Under the pieces are notes generated by a model. That model searched no databases, had not been told where the DNA came from, and was given only the letters and a program-made list of their open reading frames with translations. A stretch of 64,000 nucleotides of DNA, from contig OX597822.1 in assembly GCA_951406725.2 (NCBI GenBank), positions 117,924,001 to 117,988,000 of the forward strand, in the 5' to 3' direction. The translations under genes were made by a program, and so were the position numbers. This stretch comes from Octopus vulgaris. Lineage: Eukaryota. Below are positions 1 to 13,328 of the stretch, piece after piece; position 1 is the stretch's first letter, and every line of letters starts with the position of its first letter.

Positions 1-262
1 GTCCGCTAAACAATAATCGAATAACTGTCCGATGATGGCTTACTTGGCCGAAACTTCGAACTCAATGTCAATACTATTCCTGCTAAAGAATAACATATTT
101 GTGTGTATATGTGTGCGCGTGCGCGGGTGGTTGCATGTATGTATATATGTCTGTATTTATATATATTGTTACATATATTTACGTACTTATATTGTACCTA
201 CACACACATACATATATACATGCAAAAATACATACACACATCCCTGTATCTTTTACTCTCTT

Positions 263-311
<49 letters not shown>

Positions 312-1237
312 TGTTCTTATGTGTGTGTGTGTTTGTGTTTCAAAAATCTTTATTTCAAAGACTGCTCATATATGTTCTTTTAGAATATAATTGTCTAAAT
401 GTACAAAGCAACGAGTCTGCAGTGATAATGGCGTGTTTCTAAGAAACGAGACTTCTCGAAGTATTTTATGTCTGATCTAGTTAATAACTGCATAGGGCTT
501 AGCAAAGTACAATAATATAATTTCTTTCCACGTATCATTATAAATTATGCAGGATATTTCTCCAACATAACGTTTCTATTTCTTCAAAAACACAATTCTA
601 GCTGAAAACTGAACAATCAATAGAAATTTCCAATGCCACATCTCTAACTCACAAGCAATATTCGACCTAAATATATATACACATATATATATTTATATGT
701 AATTGATGATATATGATATTTAGTTTATGCTGTATACATCTGGCTTGTATGTCACCTTGTTACTGGCACGTAGCCAGCTATGTGTTCATTGAGACGAACA
801 TAAAATTTTGGAATATATGAACTACCATTAATGCAACTAGACAGAAGCAGAAAGAAAAGGAATGGTAGAGACACAGAAATAAATATACACTCATTGATAG
901 GTATGAGTACACATGCACACTCACAAACACGCACACAGATACACACATACACGCACGCGTACACATATACATGCACATATATGTTTATATATGACACCTA
1001 CGCACAAGCCCCGCCTCCTGGATAGATAAGCGTGGGTGTGTGTACACATGCAGATATACGTGTAAATTTATAGACAAAACCCACGACTCATCCATATGTA
1101 ATGTGTGTGTTGTGTGTGTACATATACATTATGTATGTATGTATGTATGTAAGTATATATGTATGTGTGTGTATACACGTTTTTATGGACATTCTGCATA
1201 TCTTTCTCCCACACACTCACTTTGCTTATACATGGGT

Positions 1238-1269
<32 letters not shown>

Positions 1270-2175
1270 ATACTTATGTATGTATCTCCATATATATAAA
1301 ACTGAGAATATGTGTCTGTCTGTCAGTCTGTGTGTTTCCCTAAAACTTGAGAACTACACAACCAATTTCATTTAAATTTTACACATGCCTTACATAAGGT
1401 CCGGGGAGTGTCATCGGCAAAAAAAATTTAACCCACAGCAATATATCTTATCCACTATTTCAGTATTACGTGTTAAAAGTGAAACAAAAACATATCTCTT
1501 TTGTAATGCAGACACTTTCATTTTAATACTGAAACTATTAAAGTGAAAGTATTATATAACAGAGATCAACCATTAACAGTGGTCATCCATTTTACTAGAA
1601 GAAGATCCGCTATGGTCCTATATGCTACACCACTGGTTTTCAATTCATATTAATCAAATTAATATTCAATTTTTCACCCTTATTATGTGTGTGTGCGTGT
1701 GTATTAGCAATTCGTATAAAATTGCATCAATGACTTGAACTTGAATAAGTGGTTTCACATAAATGGGGATAAATTAAAAAGGTTTGTTATTATTATTACT
1801 GTTTGACTATTGTAATCACATTTGTTGGCTCCTCGTCAGGGAAACGTTGTAGTGTTTCATTTTTTAAATAATTGTAAACCGTAACCCTCCCCCTTCCGGA
1901 GAAGGGGCTTTGGTTATTGTTTAAAAATTGAATTGTGTCCCTGTTTGGGGAAACTGACAATATTTTCACCGTCTTTACGGAAGCATTTTTGTTAAAATTA
2001 CTTCGATAGAAGAAAGTCCAAAAATGAATTTCGCTGCAGCCGTACACTTCTATACAAGATGGAGAACAAGATCCAATTGATCGAAATTGCAAGAGACGGG
2101 CCTACAATTCCAGTCTGTTATATATTTTGAGTATTTATTTTCACTAGCGATATCAAGATATAACTTGGACTCCAA

Positions 2176-2458
<283 letters not shown>

Positions 2459-2574
2459 ATATATTTCGGAATGGTCATATTGCCAGTTTAGCCAATAAAA
2501 ACACACGCACTATATATTTGGTGTTATTTTGCTTCAGTGATATTTATTTTTTACATTAATCTTAATCTTATTTC

Positions 2575-2619
2575 GGCCAGAGTTCTTTCGTCACACTCCT
2601 GTGACCACATCAGTGGTCC
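2575..2619 (-). ncRNA. Minimal type I hammerhead ribozyme motif (core A9 substituted), downstream of the Penelope ORF
   Basis: Minus strand: ggacca CTGATGT g gtcac aggagt gtgac GAAAG aa CTC tggcc. Stems I (cca/tgg), II (gtcac/gtgac) and III all pair. Confidence 0.65.
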
Positions 2620-3132
2620 TTTGTTTTCTTCTCACTTATTTGTGTCTCTCCTTACTAACCGTCAGCCATTTTGTATTTCTATTGTATGTCTTCATTTGCG
2701 CATGCTTATATCTCTATGTGCGTCTATGTTTATTTAGTGTGTGTGTGGGGGGGATGCCTGTAATATTTGTATCTTCTGTTTATTTACATTCATGTAATTT
2801 GTATTTTGTTTTTGTTGTTGTTGCTTTTGTTCTAATTTTGTTCATGTGTTTACATCCACCCATTATTATCATTACATATGCTTGTATGTATGTATAACAA
2901 CAGTATTAGTAATAATAATAATAAATCTAATCAAAAAAAAAAAAGAAAAAGAAAATCTAATCGAAAAAGAAAAAGATATATATACATATACACACATATA
3001 TACACATATACATATATATATATATATATATACATACATATACATACATAGACATATATACATATATATAGTTATTCATTTCTATTTGTTTATTTATCTG
3101 TGTATTTATTATGTTTTCGGGATCCTCTATCG

Positions 3133-3465
3133 TCATATGTTGTGGTGTGTGCTATTGCTCCATTCTAGTTTTCTATTCAGGCTAGGTTTATTTTCTATTA
3201 TATGTGTAGCTTCTGTAATTTGTCTAATTGTTGCATCTGTTCTATGTGTGGACAATATCTTAATATCTATGTTATTGATTGATCCCCCGTGTTCCTGTTC
3301 GGCGTGTTGGTACAGAATCGATGAGCTTTTACCTTCCTTGAGTTGTCTCCAATGTACATTCACCCGCTCTCCTATGCTTCTTGCCGTTTCCCCTACGCAT
3401 GTTACTGTCTTGTTACTGCATCGTCCCTCTATACATCTTATACTATAGACTACATTTCTGGCTTT
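3133..3465 (-). mobile_element. Penelope-like element, C-terminal GIY-YIG endonuclease fragment
   Basis: Stop-free frame KARNVVYSIRCIEGRCSNKTVTCVGETARSIGERVNVHWRQLK...LYQHA...RQITEATHIIENKPSLNRKLEW shows the VVY-C-x-C-(Y)VGET-R-R-H and E-x2-I-P-LN motifs. The frame extends upstream of the tracked ORF start. Confidence 0.85.
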
Positions 3466-3486
3466 ATATATATAAATATTTAAACG

Positions 3487-3523
<37 letters not shown>

Positions 3524-3562
3524 TAGATAGATATAGATATAGATATATAGATATATAGATAT

Positions 3563-3667
<105 letters not shown>

Positions 3668-3799
3668 GATATAGATATAGATATAGAAATAGATATATAG
3701 ATATAGAGATACAGATATATATATATAGATACAGATATAGATATGTATATATATAGATATAGATATATATATATAGATATATATATATATATATATCAA

Positions 3800-4720
3800 T
3801 AATAATAAAGGGAGAAATTAATTAATTTAGAAATAATCATTAATTTCACCAAGTAAAGTTCGGCATATAAAAGACCCATTCAAGGAAGGTTTAAGTAATA
3901 CTAAGTAATTAAGGGTTTAGCAACGATTTGCCTCACCACACACCGAATTTAGAAATAGCAGTCAAAAAGTTTTGGCTATTCTTTCTACTTAAAAGGGAGA
4001 TCCCAGTAAAACCAAAGCACTTAAAGAGCATACGACGCAGGCAAAAGAGAAATAAATGGCGAAAATCATTCAATATTAAGTTACCTACGGACGTACGTTT
4101 CGGAATTAAATCATTGTAGAGCATAAAAATTAAATAATTATGTCTTACCTGACTATTTTCCTCCTGAGACGCAATTATTGATAATTGTAGAGTCCTACGC
4201 TTTTATGATCCAAAACTATGTCAAAAGTACTGAATGGATCTTTATGAAATTTGGAAATTATATTCTAAGCATAAGGGCCATAACCCCCATGACAATTCAT
4301 ATATTTTTGCTGTTGATGAAATTTTAACCATTGATATTAGACACAAATGAAGTAATATTTATAAAATTTCATCTTCTTACAAAGTTAGAAAGACCCCTCC
4401 ATGGGGACTTAACACCCAGAATTTTGTCATTTTATCTAAGCAAAGACGAATATTTGTACTCATGGAAGTTGTAGGGTTACTCGAGCATAAAAGTTGGGCA
4501 TTATTTCTAATTCAATGGTACAACAGTGTAACAGTTTGCTTTGACATACACTTACTTACATTGTTATGTCTGCAATGTCGTGCATAAATTGTCAAGTAAA
4601 TGAGAGGCATCTTTGCCTCCTCTGATTCAGTTGCAAAGTGTTGAGTAAAAATATTTGATTGCAGATCTCCTTTCAGTCTTTTTATTATCACTCGGTCACA
4701 CATAGTCCCCAGATGGTAAC
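3800..4720 (-). mobile_element. Highly degraded second Penelope-like remnant
   Basis: Half hammerhead (ttccGAAACgtacGTCcgtagg, minus strand ~4084-4105) and weak, frameshifted GIY-YIG-like motifs upstream. Confidence 0.35.
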
Positions 4721-5471
4721 ATTGATTACAAGGCCTTCCCAGATGAGTGACTGGTTATTCAAAGACATTTATAGATTGTAAATTCACTCTATCCAGTTAC
4801 GTATAAGTATAGTGGTCATTTGCAAACTCCAGAGGTGACACTTTAATTTCTCCTAAGCCCTCACGTCACACAGTTGTTAATGTTGATAACTTGGGTCACG
4901 CCCTTTCAATTGCTATAGATTCGTAATGCTTCTTACGGCTGTGCCTGTCATCTGGATGGTGAGGAATCCTACATTGGGAGTGGTAACGACTAGGGTAGGG
5001 TAACTGACTTCTTATGGTGATCATTCGTCTTTTGGTTTCCATGTGGCACGATTACAATTTTTTTAGGGAGTGTAAAGGGGGAAATAACCCTCATCTGCAA
5101 TTTTGATGAAATTCGAAACAGATATTCCAGTTCATTCAGAAAATATAACAGAAGAGTCTAATTCTTCAATTGAATGTAACCGGGCAACGCCGGGTATCTC
5201 TGGTAGTATATATATATATATATATATATATTGCTTATATGTCATGTGCGTGGAGCGGGGCTATACTTGCATACACATACACATACATTGCATGAATATC
5301 TTAGTACATGAACCAAGAAAAGTTTGAAAGAGAAGGAATAAATAAGTAAAAAGAAGAATGTGATATAGAACAGACATTTCGATGGTTTATAAGGAAGATA
5401 AAAGATACACAAATCGATAACAAAACAGAGAGTGATAGAGGGAAGTAAAAATCAAATAGATAGATGGATAA

Positions 5472-5645
5472 TACAGTTCCATATTTAAGAGATGAGGAAT
5501 TATGTACATTATTTACATTTGACGGATATTTGTCCTCATTTTGTTTGTTGTTAACACAACGTTTCGCCTGATGTACCCTCCAGCCTTCATCAGGTGTCTT
5601 GGGGAAATTTCGAACCTGCGATCTCACTCCTAAGGTATTATTCGT
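5472..5645 (-). mobile_element. Hammerhead-containing repeat, copy 1 (body only)
   Basis: Near-identical to 8721-8907, 9160-9325 and 51202-51385. Core at 5553-5598: gacac CTGATGA a ggctg..caggc GAAACGTT gtgtt. Confidence 0.85.
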
Positions 5646-5692
5646 TATTGTTGTTGTTGTTGTTGCTGCTGCTGTTGTTGTCATTTTGAATG

Positions 5693-6485
<793 letters not shown>

Positions 6486-6626
6486 TATCACCGTTTATGT
6501 GCACGACACTTCAGGTAATGCAGAGCTGAATCGAATCGTTATTAAATACATGTAACTCCAACCAAATGTACAGAGTGCTAATGTTTTCCGTCTGTTCACA
6601 TACTCATATGTTCACGTATACACGTT

Positions 6627-6686
<60 letters not shown>

Positions 6687-7269
6687 TATATATAATCCTT
6701 GCTTCTGTATATGTGTGTGTGCGCATGCGTGTGTGTTTTTTGTATGCCTCGGTGCTCTTTTAACCAAATGCATGCTTAAATGTCTCGTGAATTTAGGCAT
6801 GATTAGTCTCCTCTATTTATCAGTCCACTTCTCTTTTGAAGAACCCTTCTTTAAATGTCAAAATCTCTGTGTCCTCTTGCCTGATCGATCTTTTATTTTG
6901 CACATTTTAGTATATATTGTATTCTAACGCTAGCGTGGAGATATTTACTGAGATGGTTTAAAATATCGCGAGTCTCTAGTTTCTCAAGACGTCAGAAACA
7001 GGAAACTCTGAGGAAAAAATAATCGAAGCTTCAGTTTTGAAGAAACGAACAAACTTTATAAAACGTATTGAGCACGTTTTTTTCTTTAGAATAGATTTAT
7101 CAGCATGTATTTGTGCGTGCGTGCGTGCGTGCGTGTGTGTGTGTGTGTGTGTGTGCGTGTGCGTGTGTGTGTGCTTGTATGTGTGTAAGTGTACGTGCGT
7201 GTGTCAAAAACAAAGAGTGATAGACGTACCATCACGCGCGCATTTATAAATACTTACAGATATACATTT

Positions 7270-7563
7270 TGTTTGTTCCTTCTCGAGCCATGCCTGGCTC
7301 ATAAGGGCCGGTTTCCCGGTTTCTTGGCGTATAGGTTCCCCACCTGGACGGGACGCCGGTCCGTCGCAGGTGAGCTGCAAGATGCAGGAGGAAAGAGTGA
7401 GAGAAAGTTGTGGTGAAAGAGTCAGCAGAAGTTCGCCATGACCTTCTGCCGGAGCCGCGTGGGGCTTAGGTGTTTTCGCTCATAAACATACACATCACCC
7501 GGTGTGAGATTCGAACCCGCGATCCCTCGACCGCTGCTCTAACCACTAGGCCATGTGCCTCCA
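7270..7563 (-). mobile_element. tRNA-derived SINE, family C
   Basis: Minus head gtggaggcacaTGGCCTAGTGGttagagcagcgg...gGGTTCGAATCtc carries A and B boxes, followed by a GC-rich body. Confidence 0.8.
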
Positions 7564-7578
7564 CTAGATATACATACA

Positions 7579-7689
<111 letters not shown>

Positions 7690-7725
7690 ATATATATATA
7701 TATTTGTATGTATGTACGTATATAT

Positions 7726-7974
7726 ATATAAATACAGTGTACATTTAAACACATAAGAGGTATTCGCCATAGGATTCCTGGCACGCTAGAAGGAACAGCC
7801 AAATCCAAACCACTATTAGAGATAAAACTTCGAAAGGAATGAATAATAACATTTACCATTTATCTTCGAAGTGTTGTCCCTAATAGCGGTTTGGACTTTG
7901 GCTGTTCCTTCTATCCTGCCAGGAATTCTATGGTGGTGACCTCGTATGTGTTTAAATGCACACTGTATTTATAT
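7726..7974. repeat. Imperfect palindrome (MITE-like foldback) flanked by TA
   Basis: Arms ~7726-7834 and ~7865-7974, e.g. aaatacagtgtacatttaaacacata / tatgtgtttaaatgcacactgtattt. Confidence 0.85.
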
Positions 7975-8068
7975 GAATAATATATAGTCTATTGTCTAAT
8001 TTGTCTTCACGCTAGGCCACTGGTAATAAACATTTCTAAAATCTTTATTACCCTGACATTATTAATTT

Positions 8069-8130
<62 letters not shown>

Positions 8131-8134
<4 letters not shown>

Positions 8135-8610
8135 TCGTCAGGTATGAAATTTGTAGTAAGGCATATGGTAAACTTTGACAGCTGCTCATTTTACACCGTT
8201 ATTATATTTTGACAATGTTTATTTTTGTTAGAAAGCTGACACATCTATTTCCTTATTCTAGCTAATTTTGCGCTTTATAAAGTATGTATATATAAATCGT
8301 TTTTTGTCGAAAATTCCTACATTTTTGAAATATAAATTCTTTCTTGGAAATACAACATCATAGACAGCTCGGAATATTAATGGAGTATTTCATTCTAATG
8401 TTATTATACAGCAGACAGTATCAAATTGGTCTGCAAAATTTTGTTCTGATAACTTTGACCTCACAAATGAGCAACACGGTCGACCAGAAACAATGGTGGA
8501 TAATGACGAACTGAAAACCACCGTCGAGTCAGATCCATCTCGAAGTGCCCGTGAATTATTGTTGTTGTTTGGTGTTAGCAAGCAAACAATAATGACTCAC
8601 TCAAAATCGT
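8131..8610 (+). mobile_element. mariner transposon 5' fragment (HTH domain)
   Basis: Begins after a TA run (taggtcgtcagg...). Encodes TARNINGVF...TVSNWSAKFCSDNFDLTNEQHGRPETMVDNDELKTTVESDPSRSARELLLLFGVSKQTIMTH. Confidence 0.8.
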
Positions 8611-8720
8611 AAAATACTCTTTTCTAACCCCTGTTTTACCCCGAAGACCAAAAATATATATTTATATCGAAGTGCTTCTTTCATTGATTTATTGGTCCAT
8701 ACTGACCAATAAATACCTAA

Positions 8721-8930
8721 TACAGTTCTATAGTTCAGAGATGAGGAATTATGTACATTATTTACATTAGTTATATTATTTACATTTGACGGATATTTGT
8801 CCTCATCTTGTTTATTGTTAACAAAACGTTTCGGCTGATATAACCTCCAGTCTTCATCAGGTGTCTTGGCTAAATTTCGAACCTGGGTTCTCATTCCATT
8901 TCGATGGTATTATTATTATTATTGTTATTA

Positions 8931-8995
<65 letters not shown>

Positions 8996-9062
8996 ATCGC
9001 TGTCTGGAATCGAACTCGGAATCTTGGGGTTAGTAGCCTGCACTCTTAACCACTACACCATA

Positions 9063-9064
<2 letters not shown>
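8721..9064 (-). mobile_element. tRNA head + (AAT)n + hammerhead body: SINE-like element, copy 2 (most complete)
   Basis: Minus strand: head 9064-8993 with A box TGGTGTAGTGG and B box GAGTTCGATTCC; (AAT)n 8992-8908; body with hammerhead core at 8820-8865. Confidence 0.8.
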
Positions 9065-9136
<72 letters not shown>

Positions 9137-9325
9137 CACAACAACAACAACAACAACAACATCGAAAAATACATTAGGAATGAGAACCCAGGTTCGAAAT
9201 TTCCCCAAGACACCTGATAAAGTCTGGAGGGTACATCAGCCGAAACGTTCTGTTAACAAACAAGATGAGGACAAATATCTGTCAAATGTAAATAATGTAA
9301 ATAATGTAAATAATGTAAATAATGA
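9065..9325 (+). mobile_element. Hammerhead-containing repeat, copy 3, inverted relative to copy 2
   Basis: (AAT)n(AAC)n then body; core at ~9209-9254 mutated to CTGATAA; ends in (aatgtaaat)n. Confidence 0.85.
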
Positions 9326-9964
9326 TTGTCAAATGTTTTTAGTAACTCATATTGAAAATGCATAATTGAAAGATATAACGGCGCGGAAAGAGATTTGAAA
9401 CCAGACTTGAGAATAAAACCGTAAGGTTTTTTAATCAGCAGTTCTCATGTTTACACTAATTCATTGCCTCACTAAATACACAGAAGCATCATCGGAGCGC
9501 TCTAATGATTGATTGCTCAATTAGCAAGTACAAATAACTCAATAATGTAGGAATGAATTGGTTTGCTGAATGGAAGGTGAAAAGTTTGCTTATTGGATGG
9601 CTTTTAGTAATGAATTAAAGCGATACTGCTACTGAATTCCGAGATACTGTCGTATAATAAGATACACCGTCAAAAGCCAAGGAATTTCAAAATAGAATGC
9701 GGACAGAAGGAATTTAATACTTTGGCCTACACATTGTTATTCATATGAAAGAAAAAGGTTATCAACGAAATGAAACAGTATACATCAATGGGTTATTAAT
9801 CTCAATGTCTATTCATGGCATTATGTCCAATAAGTCTTAGCTTGCATTAATAATGAAAAAAATGGAGTAAAAGTAAAGACGTGAAAAACGCATCTTGTCT
9901 AACAATAATGCCAATGAAATCTACCTGAAATTCTTTGATTACTTTAGAGTCAAAGAGTATTTAG

Positions 9965-10725
9965 TCCTTATAAGGTATCTATACTCCGGTGAAATGAAGA
10001 AATCAACTTGTAAATAAAACAAAACCCTCGAATCTATCACTGTACACACACACATGCACACACACACACACACACACACACATACGTACACACAAACGCA
10101 CACATATACGTACACACACACACACACACACACACAGAGTCACATATTTTAAATGTAGAGCATTCTTGTAATAAAACTAATCAATTGATAAAAGCAAAAA
10201 CCGTAGATATATTGAGTATGGTCACCTCTCAATATTTCCAGTTAGGGTTTAGAGCAGTTAATAACGATATATTTCTTCAATCCGACAGTGACGCTTAACT
10301 ATGTCATTTAGATACATACACACATATACTCATATACACAAACACACACACACAAGCATGCACACTCTATTATACACAGAGACATGCATGCACACACACA
10401 TACAGACACATATGCACACTCATTCAAACACACACATATAGTCGTATATGTAAGGGTGGTTGTGGATATTTCGGTATGTTTGGGGATTTTTACCCTGCGC
10501 GCATAAACGAAAGTCGGGTATTGTAATCACACGTGTTTGTCTGTGTGTCTGTGTTTGCAAAATTCCTGGAAAACGGCTGAACGGATTTTCACCATCACTG
10601 GAAGAAATACTCGTTGAATTGATCGAAATGGTGAAAATTTGGTTTGACTATCTTCAAATATACATTAATGCATACATAGATATGCGACTCTTGCGTGTGT
10701 GTGTGTACGTGTGTGTACGTGTGTG

Positions 10726-10761
<36 letters not shown>

Positions 10762-10990
10762 TGTATGTGTGCGCATGTATATGTGTTCAGTGATAAGTTC
10801 GAGGGTTTCGTTTATTTACAAGTTGATTTGTTAATTTCCCCGCAGTATACTTACCTATAATGGTGAAACACATCTCAAATTCTATGCAATATTTTCTATA
10901 AGTATTTCATTTTGTTCACATTCTTTTTCGGATGAATCGGCCATCATCTGCGTGAGAATAGATTATGGTGTACCTATACATAGATATGCG

Positions 10991-11036
<46 letters not shown>

Positions 11037-11046
11037 TGTGTTGTGT

Positions 11047-11088
<42 letters not shown>

Positions 11089-11170
11089 AGTGATGGATTT
11101 GAGGATTTCGTTTATTTACGAGTTGATTTCTTTATTTCACCGGAGTATAGATACTTATAATGGTGATACT
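9965..11170. repeat. Three local copies of a (GT)n-containing unit: 9965-10148 (-), 10675-10866 (+), 10979-11166 (+)
   Basis: Shared catagatatgcgactct-(GT)n-cagtgat..gagg.tttcgtttatttac.agttgattt..gagtatagatac.tataa. Confidence 0.8.
10488..10650 (+). mobile_element. Helentron/DINE-1-like (HINE) 5' end
   Basis: ttttaccc..cgggtattgtaatcac..gtctgtgtgtctgt..aaaacggctgaacggattttc is the characteristic DINE-1-like block. Confidence 0.55.
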
Positions 11171-12995
11171 TAAAAAACGAAAAAAATTAATTCAGTTCAA
11201 TTAAAAAGCAACACATTGTAAACCACACTATAATTTTTTACGAAAAAATTTCATTATGTCGTCTCCACTAATGGAAACACAACGTGCAGAATCACTCAAC
11301 CTATGATATTTTTGGTTTTCAAAATAAATCAGCAATTCCTACCTGGTCACTGTCTTGGTTGTCCAGACATTTCTTAGTGGCTCATTCCTTCCCGCCTAAC
11401 AGTAAATAAATATCTTCCCGGAAAGGTACAATTCAAAACCTCAAGAGCAAAAACTTCCATATTAAAAACGATTATTTCAGCACAATCATTATGACTTCCC
11501 ATCAAACTGGACAACAGAACCGAAAAGAATTTGAACTGAGGTCCCATTGTTAAGTCACATACAAATGATTCGAAGCCAGCCTTGCAATTAGATCTAGGTT
11601 TTTTATGCAATTTAATTGATTAAATTCACGTAATAAATTGTGGACCATACATCTCTACCTACGTAAGACTCATTTGCCGCTGGTGTCCAAACATTCGTGG
11701 ATTTTTTATTTGACAGAAAAAGATAAATGACTTCCAACTTCTGATGTTAGAATATAATTTGTGTTCTTCCACATCGGTAAATTGCATTGCAAATGTTAAT
11801 CTCCCAATTCGTCGATTAATTGAAGAGGTTTTGAAAGCTTTGAGTATCCAATCCCCGAGGAAACAACATTGTAACGACACAATTTGTCCTCGTTTATTAT
11901 GTTTTGTTATATTAGGTAACAGGCGGTATACTTAAAAAGTTTGCAACATTCGCCGTTTCCACAACTTAGAAAATTATTATTCTTTATTTGTTTTTTTATT
12001 ACAGCGTCCAGTGAATCAAAGACTTGCGAATAAAATTTGGTCGTTTGTACAGGAAACCATTTCTTGTTCTTGATTCGTAGATTTATTCTGGCGATCGGCT
12101 TTACACAAAACCGGGCCACTGAATACCTTTAGCAGAGCCTAACTTCGTTGCAAGCATTCAGGGCCGGTTTCTGGTCGCAAGATAACTTCCTAGATTTCTC
12201 CCGCTAACCCGCAGAGCTAGTAAAAGTGTTGCCCTTACTCTTATGATTAAACCATTAGAAATAGCAATAACAAGTAAAAAATATAAATATTAATATGGGA
12301 ACATTCTTTGCTATGTTGATATATTGATAGAGTTACCCGTCATATGTCTGGTAACGGTGGAACTATACTTGTTAATATCCAAAAATATGACATTCAGGCA
12401 AAAATTATTATTTAACTCCGATCGATTTTTTTGGTGCTTATACAAAATGGTAAAATGGAGACTAATTTTCAAAAGAAAACTATTTATAAAATAAAATAAA
12501 ATGATACAAATTTCTCATTATTACATCTATCATTTTCTATGCCACCTCCCCCTTCTCATCCTCCTCCTCCTTTCTGTCTCCATGACCCTCTCTTTCTCTC
12601 ACTGTGTGTATATGTTTGTGTAAGTTTCTTTTACTCATTTCTTGTCATCAAGAATTAAGGTCTGCGCTCGTCCTGCACATTTTGTGTTAAATGTTTGTGT
12701 CTCTGTCCTTCAAACGATTTCCGCCACTCCCCAAAAAGATCGAAAGCTTGACAGGAGAAATCAAACAACTTGCCAGCATTTATATTAGAAATTATTATAT
12801 GTAGATAGATTATGAAGGTAAATAATGCATTAGCTCGAAAATATTTCCATCTTAACTAAAATATGCTTCAATTGAAAGAGATTGAACTTATCAAAAAAAA
12901 AAATAATAATAAACAAGTATGATTGTATTGCAATATGAAGTATTCAGGGAGCAAAATTTCTCTAAAGAGGTATGTGTGTATGTATGTATCATTTA

Positions 12996-13045
<50 letters not shown>

Positions 13046-13080
13046 ATAAGAAAGTTGGTTTGTGAAAGCACATGGTTGAG

Positions 13081-13284
13081 TATATAGAAAATAGTAAAAA
13101 GTGAAAAAACTACAGAAGGCTTAAATGTTAAAAAATATATATTTGCGTCAATATGTCTGAAGAATATTTGTAATAAAGAAGAATTTTTGTAATAAAAAAT
13201 TTTTGTAATATTCTTCAGACATATTGACGCAAATATATATTTTTTAACATTTAAGCCTTCTGTAGTTTTTTCACTTTTACTATT

Positions 13285-13294
<10 letters not shown>
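13081..13294. repeat. Perfect 88-bp inverted repeat with 38-bp spacer, within (TA)n
   Basis: 13081-13168 is the reverse complement of 13207-13294. Confidence 0.95.

Positions 13295-13328
<34 letters not shown>

Noticed and set aside
5301-5684. Recurring peptide MRTQVRNFPKTPDEGWRV... as a small gene family
   Set aside because: It is the translation of the hammerhead repeat; frames and ends differ among copies.
8993-9064. tRNA gene (also heads at ~7500-7563, 39271-39340, 46600-46678)
   Set aside because: A and B boxes are present but no proper acceptor stem; each continues into a repeat body, so these are SINE heads.
11300-12240. Possible DNA-transposon coding remnant
   Set aside because: No recognisable motif or terminal repeats.
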